From: an uncultured Spirochaetaceae bacterium
Lineage (GTDB): Bacteria > Spirochaetota > Spirochaetia > Sphaerochaetales > Sphaerochaetaceae
Direction of reading: 5' to 3'
Assembly: GCA_964552905.1 (NCBI GenBank)
Contig: CAZKIT010000001.1
Span: 1 to 45,058 of the forward strand
DNA length: 45,058 nt
Shown here: one piece after another, positions 32,354 through 40,028 of the stretch
Layout: each line of letters opens with the position of its first letter
Numbering within the stretch: position 1 is the stretch's first letter
Notes under the pieces: generated by a model
Database searches by the model: none
Seen by the model: only the letters and a program-made list of their open reading frames with translations
Told to the model about the DNA's origin: nothing
Program-made: the position numbers and the translations under genes

Positions 32354-32629
32354 ATGCTCAAAAGTCCGAAGACCTACATCGAGGAAACCATATCCTCCCC
32401 CTCTTTCACATCCGCCCTCTTCACGCTTATGAAGGAAAAAAGAATCGACTCCTCGGTCTTCATCGTCTACTGCCGCAGGGCAAAGGGGGATCTGCAGCTG
32501 ATGGGAACATACGACGGTCTTACCGTCATATGTTTCCGCGGAATGAGGTTCTCTCACGTTCTCAGAACGACACAGGACAAGGACTATGCCTACTATCCTG
32601 ACGGCTTCAGACGTATCTACATAAACTGA
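32354..32629 (+). CDS. Possible small hypothetical protein (91 aa)
   Basis: Only ORF with protein-like composition in a 437-bp gap (MLKSPKTYIEETISSP...YYPDGFRRIYIN). No Shine-Dalgarno site at either candidate ATG (32324 or 32354). Confidence 0.3.
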   Translation: MLKSPKTYIEETISSPSFTSALFTLMKEKRIDSSVFIVYCRRAKGDLQLMGTYDGLTVICFRGMRFSHVLRTTQDKDYAYYPDGFRRIYIN

Positions 32630-32662
32630 TGATTTATGATAGAATGAAGACGGAGGCATAAC

Positions 32663-33535
32663 ATGACATATACATCCCTCAGCGACACGGTCACGCTTTC
32701 CAACGGCGTGAAGATTCCAGTCATAGGTTTCGGAACCTGGCAGTCACCATCAGGAGAAACGGCTTACAGCGCCGTTCTCAGCGCTCTCAGAGCAGGCTAC
32801 AGACATATAGACACGGCCGCGGCATACGGCAACGAGGAGAGCGTCGGCAGAGCAGTGGCAGACTACCTTGAGGAAAGCGGGGAAAAGAGGGAGGACCTCT
32901 TCATAACGACGAAGCTTGCCAATCCCGACCACGGCTATGAAAGAGCGAAGAAAGCCATCGACAGGTCCCTTGTCGCACTGGGGCTCGACTACATCGACCT
33001 CTATCTCATCCACTGGCCGAATCCGATTGCCTTCCGCGATGACTGGAAGAGAATAGACAGGGAATGCTGGAAGGCGATGGAGGAGGCATACAGGGACGGC
33101 AGAATAAGAGCGCTCGGTTTCTCGAACTTCTGGCCGCACCACATAGACAACATTCTCGAAGAAGCTGAAATACTTCCCGTCGTCAACCAGATCAAGTTCT
33201 GTCCCGGCATCAACCAGAAGGAGATCGCATCATATTCCCGAGAGAAGAACATGGTTCTTGAAGCCTACTCTCCGATGGGAACGGGAGGCATGTTCCATAA
33301 TGAAGTGATGATCGGGCTTTCACAGAAATACGGCCGCAGCATCGCACAGCTCTGTATCCGGTACGCACTCCAGTCGGGATACATCCCCCTTCCCAAGAGC
33401 GTCACGCCGGAGAGAATCGAAGAGAACACCCGAGTCTTCGACTTCGAGATAACACAGGCTGACATGGCGAAGATAGAAGCCGTCATCCCCGAGGGAATAG
33501 TCCCGGCAAGGAACCCTGACGAGACGACATTCTAG
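32663..33535 (+). CDS. Aldo/keto reductase (2,5-diketo-D-gluconate reductase-like)
   Basis: 290 aa. IGFGTWQ, GYRHIDTAAAYGNE, LFITTKL and DLYLIHWP motifs. GGAGG lies 7 nt before the ATG. Confidence 0.9.
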   Translation: MTYTSLSDTVTLSNGVKIPVIGFGTWQSPSGETAYSAVLSALRAGYRHIDTAAAYGNEESVGRAVADYLEESGEKREDLFITTKLANPDHGYERAKKAIDRSLVALGLDYIDLYLIHWPNPIAFRDDWKRIDRECWKAMEEAYRDGRIRALGFSNFWPHHIDNILEEAEILPVVNQIKFCPGINQKEIASYSREKNMVLEAYSPMGTGGMFHNEVMIGLSQKYGRSIAQLCIRYALQSGYIPLPKSVTPERIEENTRVFDFEITQADMAKIEAVIPEGIVPARNPDETTF

Positions 33536-34965
33536 AGGTCGAGGCCGAAGGAAAGGAGAATTCCCCAGTGGAAGAGAAATCCGTCCAGGGGATGCTCTTC
33601 ATTCTCCCCTCTTCCCTCAGACACATTCCTGTATGCGGAAACGAAGTCACCGCTGACGAAAGCGACGCCTGCAGTCGGAACGACAGAGAGTGTGACATCG
33701 GAGAAGGAAAGAAGGCCATCGGGTATGATGCTCGCTCCCGTCTCGAAATCGATGACGAACGAGTAGGCTGCCCCGCTCCCCACGTACGGTCTTGACGGAA
33801 CGGATGAGGAAGGCATCATGTTCCTGTTTTCCGTCACCTCCCACTTCATACAGCCGATTGTGAACGAGAAGAACGGTCTGACCCATGAGGAAAAGAGAGA
33901 AAAAGACCACGAAAGACCGGCCGTATTCATCGCATAGCCCTGTCTGATCCTTCCCTCCGTCTCGGTATTCAGTGAGCCGTCCCTCTCCCAGCTTGCCGGA
34001 TAGCCGGCGATATATCTGTTACGGAAGACAAGAGAGACAGGGCCGAGAGGTATCTCGAGATTCTGCTCCTGGAACATTATCCCTATCAGTCTTGAAAAGC
34101 CTGTTGTCAAAAGGACATCGCTCTTCTTCCATTGAGCCGGTTCGAAGAATTCCAGCGGATGGAAGACAAGAGTGCCCGTTCCTGTGTGATTCATGATCTG
34201 TGCCGCATAATCAACGGAAAGAAAGCCGAAGTCGAATGAAAAGCCCCAGTTCGGCCCCTCGGCATACTCGGTATAGAGGGCAAGCGTCGGTGACGGGGAC
34301 AGATTCTTTCTCCATCTCCAGCCGGAGAAGAGAGAGAAGAGTTCTCTTCCTTCCTTCACTGCCGAAAGAGACAGAAGAACAGACGAAGACGAAGCAAGGC
34401 CGTATGCGGAGTACGCCTTCCCTTCAATCGAGAGCGAAAGGAAGGAGACGGGAGAGAATGACACTCCCCCGTCAAGAAAGAGAAAAGGATGTACCCTTAT
34501 TTGTGTGTAGTCGTAGTCAAGGTCGAGCTGCCGTACATTCGATAGACGATGGAATGTGTTCTGTACGAGGCTCTGGGCAAGATTGCCGGAGAGAATGAAT
34601 CCTCCTCCCGGGCTGAGAGAAAAGGTGAATGACTGAAGGCTCCGGTGCCAGGCGTAAGAAACAGAGAGACCGACGGTATCGAGACGACCGCTGTAGAAAT
34701 GAGTCTCGTCGCTGTCTTCAAAAGTGCTGTCATTCACGCTCCATCCCGTCTTCCAGCCTCTGTTCGTGTATCCCCGGATATCCGCAGTCACCTTCCAGGC
34801 GCTCCACTCTGCTGTCAGAGCCTGCAGAAAAGAGAGATTGTCATCATCGTTGCGGCTGAAGCCGAAGGAATACTTGTCGTTGCCGAATGCGGCGGAGACA
34901 TCAACCGCTTCCAAGAGCATAGACAAGAGGAGAATGATGATTACGAGGAGAGAGCGCTTCTTCAC
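33532..34965 (-). CDS. Large signal-peptide outer-membrane-like protein, paralogue A (477 aa)
   Basis: GTG start 2 nt after the paralogue B stop. MKKRSLLVIIILLLSMLLEA signal. Motifs GNDKYSFGFSRNDDDNLSF, YTNRGWKTGW and FYSGRLD. C-terminus FHWGILLSFGLDL. Confidence 0.7.
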   Translation of the reverse strand: MKKRSLLVIIILLLSMLLEAVDVSAAFGNDKYSFGFSRNDDDNLSFLQALTAEWSAWKVTADIRGYTNRGWKTGWSVNDSTFEDSDETHFYSGRLDTVGLSVSYAWHRSLQSFTFSLSPGGGFILSGNLAQSLVQNTFHRLSNVRQLDLDYDYTQIRVHPFLFLDGGVSFSPVSFLSLSIEGKAYSAYGLASSSSVLLSLSAVKEGRELFSLFSGWRWRKNLSPSPTLALYTEYAEGPNWGFSFDFGFLSVDYAAQIMNHTGTGTLVFHPLEFFEPAQWKKSDVLLTTGFSRLIGIMFQEQNLEIPLGPVSLVFRNRYIAGYPASWERDGSLNTETEGRIRQGYAMNTAGLSWSFSLFSSWVRPFFSFTIGCMKWEVTENRNMMPSSSVPSRPYVGSGAAYSFVIDFETGASIIPDGLLSFSDVTLSVVPTAGVAFVSGDFVSAYRNVSEGRGENEEHPLDGFLFHWGILLSFGLDL

Positions 34966-34967
34966 TT

Positions 34968-36479
34968 TCAGATATCGAAACCGAAGTTGAGAGTGAGCCC
35001 CCAGCGGAAGATGAAGTTATCCTTCCACGTGGATGTGTAGTCCCAGCTAGGAGAGACTTTGTCCTCCGTAACCTGTCTGTAGCCCTTCACGAAGTCTCCC
35101 GTCACATATGACAGTCCTGCGTAAAGGGAAAGTGTCAATGATGTGGAGTTGAAGGATATGAGGCCCTCGGGAATGAGCGTGATACCTGTCTCCAGGTCGA
35201 CTACGAACGAGTGTTCGTATTTCTCGCCCTTATCGCGGCTCATGCTCCAGACCTTGGACGGCGTCGAAGCCACTTCAATCATGTTCGTCAGCGATGTGAA
35301 GTCCCAGCGCATGTAACCGAGGGAGAATGACACATACGGAGCAATCCAGTTCGAGAGTGCGGCAATCGGATACGAGAACTCGAATCCGAGAGTATCCATG
35401 ACATGCCCCATCTTGAGGCGGTATTCACGGTTCGGGTCTGCACTGAGTTCATCCTTTCTGTTCGTCGGGTATCCCGCGACATACCTGTTCTTCAGGACGA
35501 TCGACCAGTTGTCGTTTATGGGCCAGTTGAGTTCCTGATCCTGGAATCTGATTCCGATCATGTTCGCGAAACCCATCGAAAGATAGAAGTTGTTCTCCTT
35601 CCAGAGTGTCGGATGGAAGAAACTCATCACGTCGACGGAGAGCACCGCATAGCCGAAATGGTTCGTAAGCTCCGTGAAGTAATCGAGAGTGAAGAGCCCC
35701 GTGTTTATCTTGTACGATGCATACGGGCCGTTGATGTATCTCGAATAGAGTTCCATCGTGGGAGACGAGTTAAGCTCCTGTGTCCAGTTCCAGCCGACGC
35801 TCACTGCCAGAACTTCGCTGTAGTCGTTCTGGAGTGTCAGTGTGGCAGTCACCTTCTCCGTCGATTCAAAACCGAAGGCACAGGAAGCCGACGCTCCTAC
35901 GATAAGCGAAAGAGACGTGGATTTGAGAGAACATATGTTCCAGTAGAGGTCTGCGTTGGCTCCGAGATAGAAATGGAACCTCACGTCATCATAATCATAC
36001 GGAAGATCCACATGGTGCATTCCGAAGATCTTGTGAACAAGGTTCTGAAGATGGACATATCCTGTATTGCCGGACAGGAAGAAGCCTGTTTCGGGAGAAA
36101 CGGTCAGGGCGAAGGCATCGGAGAGACTGAAGGGATAGTTCAGTCCTGCCTTTATCTCGGTGACATCGAGCCTGCCGTGATAGAAGTCCTCGTCATTCAT
36201 ATCGAGGACGGATGACGATCGGATATCCCATCCCGTCTTCCAGCCGCGGTTGGTTATGCCGTTGAGATTCGCCTTCAGATACCATCTTTCGGCTGCAAAT
36301 GCGATATGTTCGGAATACGAGAGCTGGTCGTCGTCATTACGGCTGAGGCCGTACGCATACTTGTCGTTTCCGATTCCTAGCGTCACCGAGCTGAGCGCCC
36401 ACGGATTTGTACTTTCCGCCGCATGGAGTGATAAACCGAGGACGAAAACCGTAAATAAAGCAAGGAGTGTCTTCTTCAT
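34968..36479 (-). CDS. Large signal-peptide outer-membrane-like protein, paralogue B (503 aa)
   Basis: MKKTLLALFTVFVLGLSLHA signal. Motifs GNDKYAYGLSRNDDDQLSY, ITNRGWKTGW and FYHGRLD. C-terminus FRWGLTLNFGFDI. Confidence 0.7.
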   Translation of the reverse strand: MKKTLLALFTVFVLGLSLHAAESTNPWALSSVTLGIGNDKYAYGLSRNDDDQLSYSEHIAFAAERWYLKANLNGITNRGWKTGWDIRSSSVLDMNDEDFYHGRLDVTEIKAGLNYPFSLSDAFALTVSPETGFFLSGNTGYVHLQNLVHKIFGMHHVDLPYDYDDVRFHFYLGANADLYWNICSLKSTSLSLIVGASASCAFGFESTEKVTATLTLQNDYSEVLAVSVGWNWTQELNSSPTMELYSRYINGPYASYKINTGLFTLDYFTELTNHFGYAVLSVDVMSFFHPTLWKENNFYLSMGFANMIGIRFQDQELNWPINDNWSIVLKNRYVAGYPTNRKDELSADPNREYRLKMGHVMDTLGFEFSYPIAALSNWIAPYVSFSLGYMRWDFTSLTNMIEVASTPSKVWSMSRDKGEKYEHSFVVDLETGITLIPEGLISFNSTSLTLSLYAGLSYVTGDFVKGYRQVTEDKVSPSWDYTSTWKDNFIFRWGLTLNFGFDI

Positions 36480-36603
36480 GCCGACAAGTTTAACAGCATC
36501 GGGCCTTTTTAGAAAGCATCAGCGTCACCGTCTGAACCGGTGATTTCATTTTCTTCTCCTGTCTCCATTTTCGGAATTCGGCCCCCTGATTTTCGCATAC
36601 TGG

Positions 36604-36614
36604 TATGACCACAG
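36604..36614. promoter_or_regulatory. Candidate GntR-type operator, left copy of an 11-bp perfect inverted repeat
   Basis: TATGACCACAG is the reverse complement of CTGTGGTCATA at 36674-36684. It overlaps the palindrome TGGT-ATG-ACCA (36601-36611), which fits the GntR/FadR-type t.GT...AC.a consensus. Confidence 0.4.
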
Positions 36615-36673
36615 TACAATCCGGAATAGCCGGATGTACCATTCCATAAGAAATTACGGTATAAATCATAATG

Positions 36674-36684
36674 CTGTGGTCATA
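36674..36684. promoter_or_regulatory. Candidate GntR-type operator, right copy of the inverted repeat
   Basis: CTGTGGTCATA. Also part of TGTGGT(36675-36680)-13 nt-ACCACA(36694-36699). About 50 nt upstream of the GntR ATG. Confidence 0.4.
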
Positions 36685-36734
36685 TTCATAGATACCACAC
36701 TTGCGCGCACGTATTTCCTGTTCTAGAATTGAAA

Positions 36735-37460
36735 ATGAAGGAGAACTGGAGCGTGAACGGAAAAGACAGTCTGAAGGCGAAGTTCATAGAAATCATCAAA
36801 TCGAGGATTCTCTCGGGTGAACTGAAGCCCGGGGACAGGCTGAGTGCGGAAAGAAGCTTCGCCGATGAACTGAAAATCAGCAGAAGTTCCATCAATCAGG
36901 GGATTCTCGATCTCGAGAGGATGGGATTCGTGACGATAGTTCCGAGAAAGGGAACATTCGTGGCACAGTATTCTGAGCGTGCGACAGCGGAGACACTTTC
37001 GGCGATAATGAACTATGACTCCGCATCCGTGGATCCGATTCTCTTCAGGGACTTCATGGACCTCAGGATTCTCATCGAAAGAGAATGTGCGAGACTGGCA
37101 TGCGCGTCTCTTACAGACGAGGGACTCGGGGCGCTCATTAAAAACACGGAGAGGATCTCCGGGGCAGGGAAAGACAGCATAGTCGATGTCCTTTACGATT
37201 ACCACAGATGCATTACTGAAATCAGCGGAAACAGAGCCTACTACATGGTATTCCAGAGTTTCGAGAAGATGATAAGAAACCTCATAAAGGAACACTACCG
37301 CAGTGAAGACGAGTTCAGAGAGAGCATACCTCTCTACACCGGTCTAACCGACGCCATAAAGAGAAGGGATGCCTACGATGCAGACATGAAGATGAACAGC
37401 ATTCTCGGGCGGGCATCCGATTATCTCAGCCGTCGCCTGAAGGAGGAGGACAGAAGATGA
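36735..37460 (+). CDS. GntR-family transcriptional regulator with FCD (FadR C-terminal) domain
   Basis: Start at ATG 36735 (the ORF track begins at TTG 36729). LKPGDRLSAERSFADELKISRSSINQGILDLERMGFVTIVPRKGTFV is the GntR wHTH. Helical C-terminal domain. Confidence 0.85.
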   Translation: MKENWSVNGKDSLKAKFIEIIKSRILSGELKPGDRLSAERSFADELKISRSSINQGILDLERMGFVTIVPRKGTFVAQYSERATAETLSAIMNYDSASVDPILFRDFMDLRILIERECARLACASLTDEGLGALIKNTERISGAGKDSIVDVLYDYHRCITEISGNRAYYMVFQSFEKMIRNLIKEHYRSEDEFRESIPLYTGLTDAIKRRDAYDADMKMNSILGRASDYLSRRLKEEDRR

Positions 37461-38770
37461 ACATACTCGTTGCAACGGCTTCCTTCAATAACGGCATAAC
37501 GGCAAGGGATGCGGGAGAATGCATCATCCGGGGTGCAAAGAGAATATATCCGAAGGATGACTACACTCTCTTTCCTCTCGCCGACGGAGGAAGAGGCACT
37601 GTCGAAGCAATCATAACGATGCAGGGAGGAGAATACGTCGAATGCGACACCTTCGATCCTCTCGGCCGCCCGATAAGGGCACGCTACGGCATACTCGCCG
37701 ACGGCGCGGCAGTGATAGAGGCCGCATCGGCAAGCGCCCTCGACCTACTCTCCGGGGATGAAAGAAACCCTCTCGGAACCTCATCCTACGGCACGGGCAT
37801 CATGATGATGGATGCCATCAGGAAGGGAGTCAGGAACATATATCTCGCACTCGGGGATTCCGACATCCCCGACGGAGGCTGGGGAATGGCGAAGGCACTG
37901 GGAATCAGATTTCTCGACAGCGACGGAAGGATGCTCTCTGACGGAGCAGAGAGCCTCGTCAGTCTCGAGAGAATAGATCCCTCATTCATGAGCACAACCG
38001 TGAAGAATGCATCTTTCCGTCTTCTCACGGACATGCAGATTCCGCTCACGGGGGAAAACGGAGCAGAGCGTGTCTACAGCACTGACGACACAGGAGATAC
38101 TCTCTCCAGGGCATTGAGCCGCTACAGGGAGATTCTGATGAGAGACTGGGCATTCGATCCCGATTCCATCTCCGGCTCTGGAGCCGCGGGAGGAATGACG
38201 TGTCCCCTTCTCGCTTTCACGAGTGCGACAAAGACACTCAAGGCGACGGACTACATACTCTTTCTTTCGGATTTTGCCGGCAGGGTGAACGATGCAGACC
38301 TTGTGATAACAGGAGAAGACAGACTCGGCAGATGGACTGCAGAGAGTTCCCTACCCTACGCGGTTATCAAGAGAGCGCAGTCCCACCGTCAGTACAAGGA
38401 CATAGTGGTAATCGGGAATACTCTTGAAGAGGGATACGAGAAACTCTATGGCGTCAACGTCGAAGTGGTCGTTACAGCTCTGGAGAGGAGAGGCGAACAG
38501 AGCAGAGAGGATTCGATGAATGCAATAATGAATACCTCTGAAAGCGTGTTCCGCATCATAAGAATGGCCATGTCCCTGAAAACGGAGAAGGGAAAGAAGA
38601 GCAAAGGGATACTCAGGAGGAAGAACAAGAAAGGGAGAGAATGGACACCTGGAATGAAAGAACGGCAGGCGAAACCGAAGAGGCCTCTCTACTCTCCGAA
38701 GGAACATGTTCCGGCCTCCTCGGATCATGAACCGAGAAAACGCGGCCGCCCGCGTAAGACATCATCCTGA
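37457..38770 (+). CDS. glxK: Glycerate kinase with a 63-aa K/R-rich C-terminal tail
   Basis: 437 aa. MNILVATASFNNGITARDAGECI...LFPLADGGRGTVEAI is the glycerate-kinase N-terminus. ATGA overlap with the GntR gene. The tail spans 38579-38770. Confidence 0.85.
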   Translation: MNILVATASFNNGITARDAGECIIRGAKRIYPKDDYTLFPLADGGRGTVEAIITMQGGEYVECDTFDPLGRPIRARYGILADGAAVIEAASASALDLLSGDERNPLGTSSYGTGIMMMDAIRKGVRNIYLALGDSDIPDGGWGMAKALGIRFLDSDGRMLSDGAESLVSLERIDPSFMSTTVKNASFRLLTDMQIPLTGENGAERVYSTDDTGDTLSRALSRYREILMRDWAFDPDSISGSGAAGGMTCPLLAFTSATKTLKATDYILFLSDFAGRVNDADLVITGEDRLGRWTAESSLPYAVIKRAQSHRQYKDIVVIGNTLEEGYEKLYGVNVEVVVTALERRGEQSREDSMNAIMNTSESVFRIIRMAMSLKTEKGKKSKGILRRKNKKGREWTPGMKERQAKPKRPLYSPKEHVPASSDHEPRKRGRPRKTSS

Positions 38771-38785
38771 TTGAATTGCCGGCAC

Positions 38786-39247
38786 TCATTCCCACGCGGT
38801 ATGAACCAATTTTGCGGTCAGAAGCCCCGGAAATACGACAATGAGAAGTTCACTCCCCTTACCGGATCTGGAGCAGCCTATCGTGAAGAGGCTCGAGACG
38901 AAGGATATGATTTCACACCTCCCCTCTCCGTTACTGATGATAAGAGTCAGCGCCGGCGGAAACACCGCAGTGACGGCATGACAGGCTACAGCGGTCCCAT
39001 CAAGCCTCTTCATGAAGGCGGTCCGTGCCGTACTGCCGGGACGCGAAGCTGATAACGGCTTCAGTGCAGAGAAGAGCACGCGCTCATGTTCCGTACTGAT
39101 AAGGAAGACAGCGATGAGTATAATCCTCGAAGTGAGTGCAGCCGGAAGTGTTCCTGCCTGCCTCTTCTCTTGTTCTCCATCACAGAGGGAAGAGGTCATA
39201 AGGAATCGGAAGTCGGGATAATCCTCAACAAAGCAGAAATAATACAC
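38786..39247 (-). CDS. Doubtful ORF / possible gene remnant
   Basis: Longest ORF (153 codons, GTG start) in a 550-bp stretch with no convincing gene. Cys/Ser/Thr/Ala-rich composition unlike neighbouring proteins. No SD. Confidence 0.2.
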   Translation of the reverse strand: MYYFCFVEDYPDFRFLMTSSLCDGEQEKRQAGTLPAALTSRIILIAVFLISTEHERVLFSALKPLSASRPGSTARTAFMKRLDGTAVACHAVTAVFPPALTLIISNGEGRCEIISFVSSLFTIGCSRSGKGSELLIVVFPGLLTAKLVHTAWE

Positions 39248-39320
39248 AATTCATGAGAACGCCACCTCTTCCAATTGAAGCGCAATCTGAATTAAACTCT
39301 CACAAGCAGGAGACAAACAA

Positions 39321-40016
39321 ATGAAAAAATTATCAATTGTCTTGTTAATAATGATTGTAACTGTGACAACGGTCTTTGCAGGAACCCTTCCCGAAGAGGT
39401 ACTTGCTTTCAGAGCCACAGGTGTCTACAGAAAGATGGAAACAACATCAGGCAGCACTTCATCCGTCAACACTCTCAAGGGCGTTGGCTTCGCATTCGAC
39501 TATGATGACTACTTCAACAACTATGTAGGTTTCTTCGTCGACCTCGGCGTCACGATTCCTCTCAAGGCAGATAACGACGGCTATGAACTCGAATTCGACG
39601 AGAGAGACTTCCCCGTCTATACACAGTTCGGTCTTGTCGGCAGAATCCCGCTTTCGAACTTTGCAGGTTTCGATCTCAGACTCGGCTTCGGCGTCACATA
39701 CGACAAGGCAGTGACATATTCGAATCCGACCACAGTTGTTTCTACACCTTACGCATACTACATCCTGTACAGCAATACGACATTCAGGAAAGTTGAGGTG
39801 CAGGCTGTTGCAGGTCTCGGAGTCTACGCGAATCTCGACAGCGCAGGTTCATTCGGCTTCAGAGCGGGTGCAATGGTTGCCACCACATTCTATACGGGAA
39901 TCATCCGCGACAACGGCTCGAGAAACAGCACGGAAGTCGCAGATCTCAACAGAATCGGCTTCGAAATCCAGCCTTACGTCGGCTTCACAATCGGTTTCAC
40001 CAACAGCGACAACTGA
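39321..40016 (+). CDS. Signal-peptide protein, predicted small outer-membrane beta-barrel (231 aa)
   Basis: MKKLSIVLLIMIVTVTTVFA signal. CAGGAGA lies 8 nt before the ATG. G/F/Y/T-rich alternating strands. C-terminal IQPYVGFTIGF. Confidence 0.7.
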   Translation: MKKLSIVLLIMIVTVTTVFAGTLPEEVLAFRATGVYRKMETTSGSTSSVNTLKGVGFAFDYDDYFNNYVGFFVDLGVTIPLKADNDGYELEFDERDFPVYTQFGLVGRIPLSNFAGFDLRLGFGVTYDKAVTYSNPTTVVSTPYAYYILYSNTTFRKVEVQAVAGLGVYANLDSAGSFGFRAGAMVATTFYTGIIRDNGSRNSTEVADLNRIGFEIQPYVGFTIGFTNSDN

Positions 40017-40028
40017 CAGCACAAGATT

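Noticed and set aside
32330-32659. 109-aa minus-strand ORF in the gap before the aldo/keto reductase.
   Set aside because: It has no SD and a Val/Arg/Gly/Asp-heavy, implausible sequence. It is antisense to the somewhat more protein-like plus-strand ORF, which is itself kept only at low confidence.
38771-39052. 93-aa plus-strand ORF after the glycerate kinase.
   Set aside because: It has no SD and a Gly/Arg/Pro-rich composition atypical for this genome. It overlaps the equally doubtful minus-strand ORF. Neither is accepted as a real gene.
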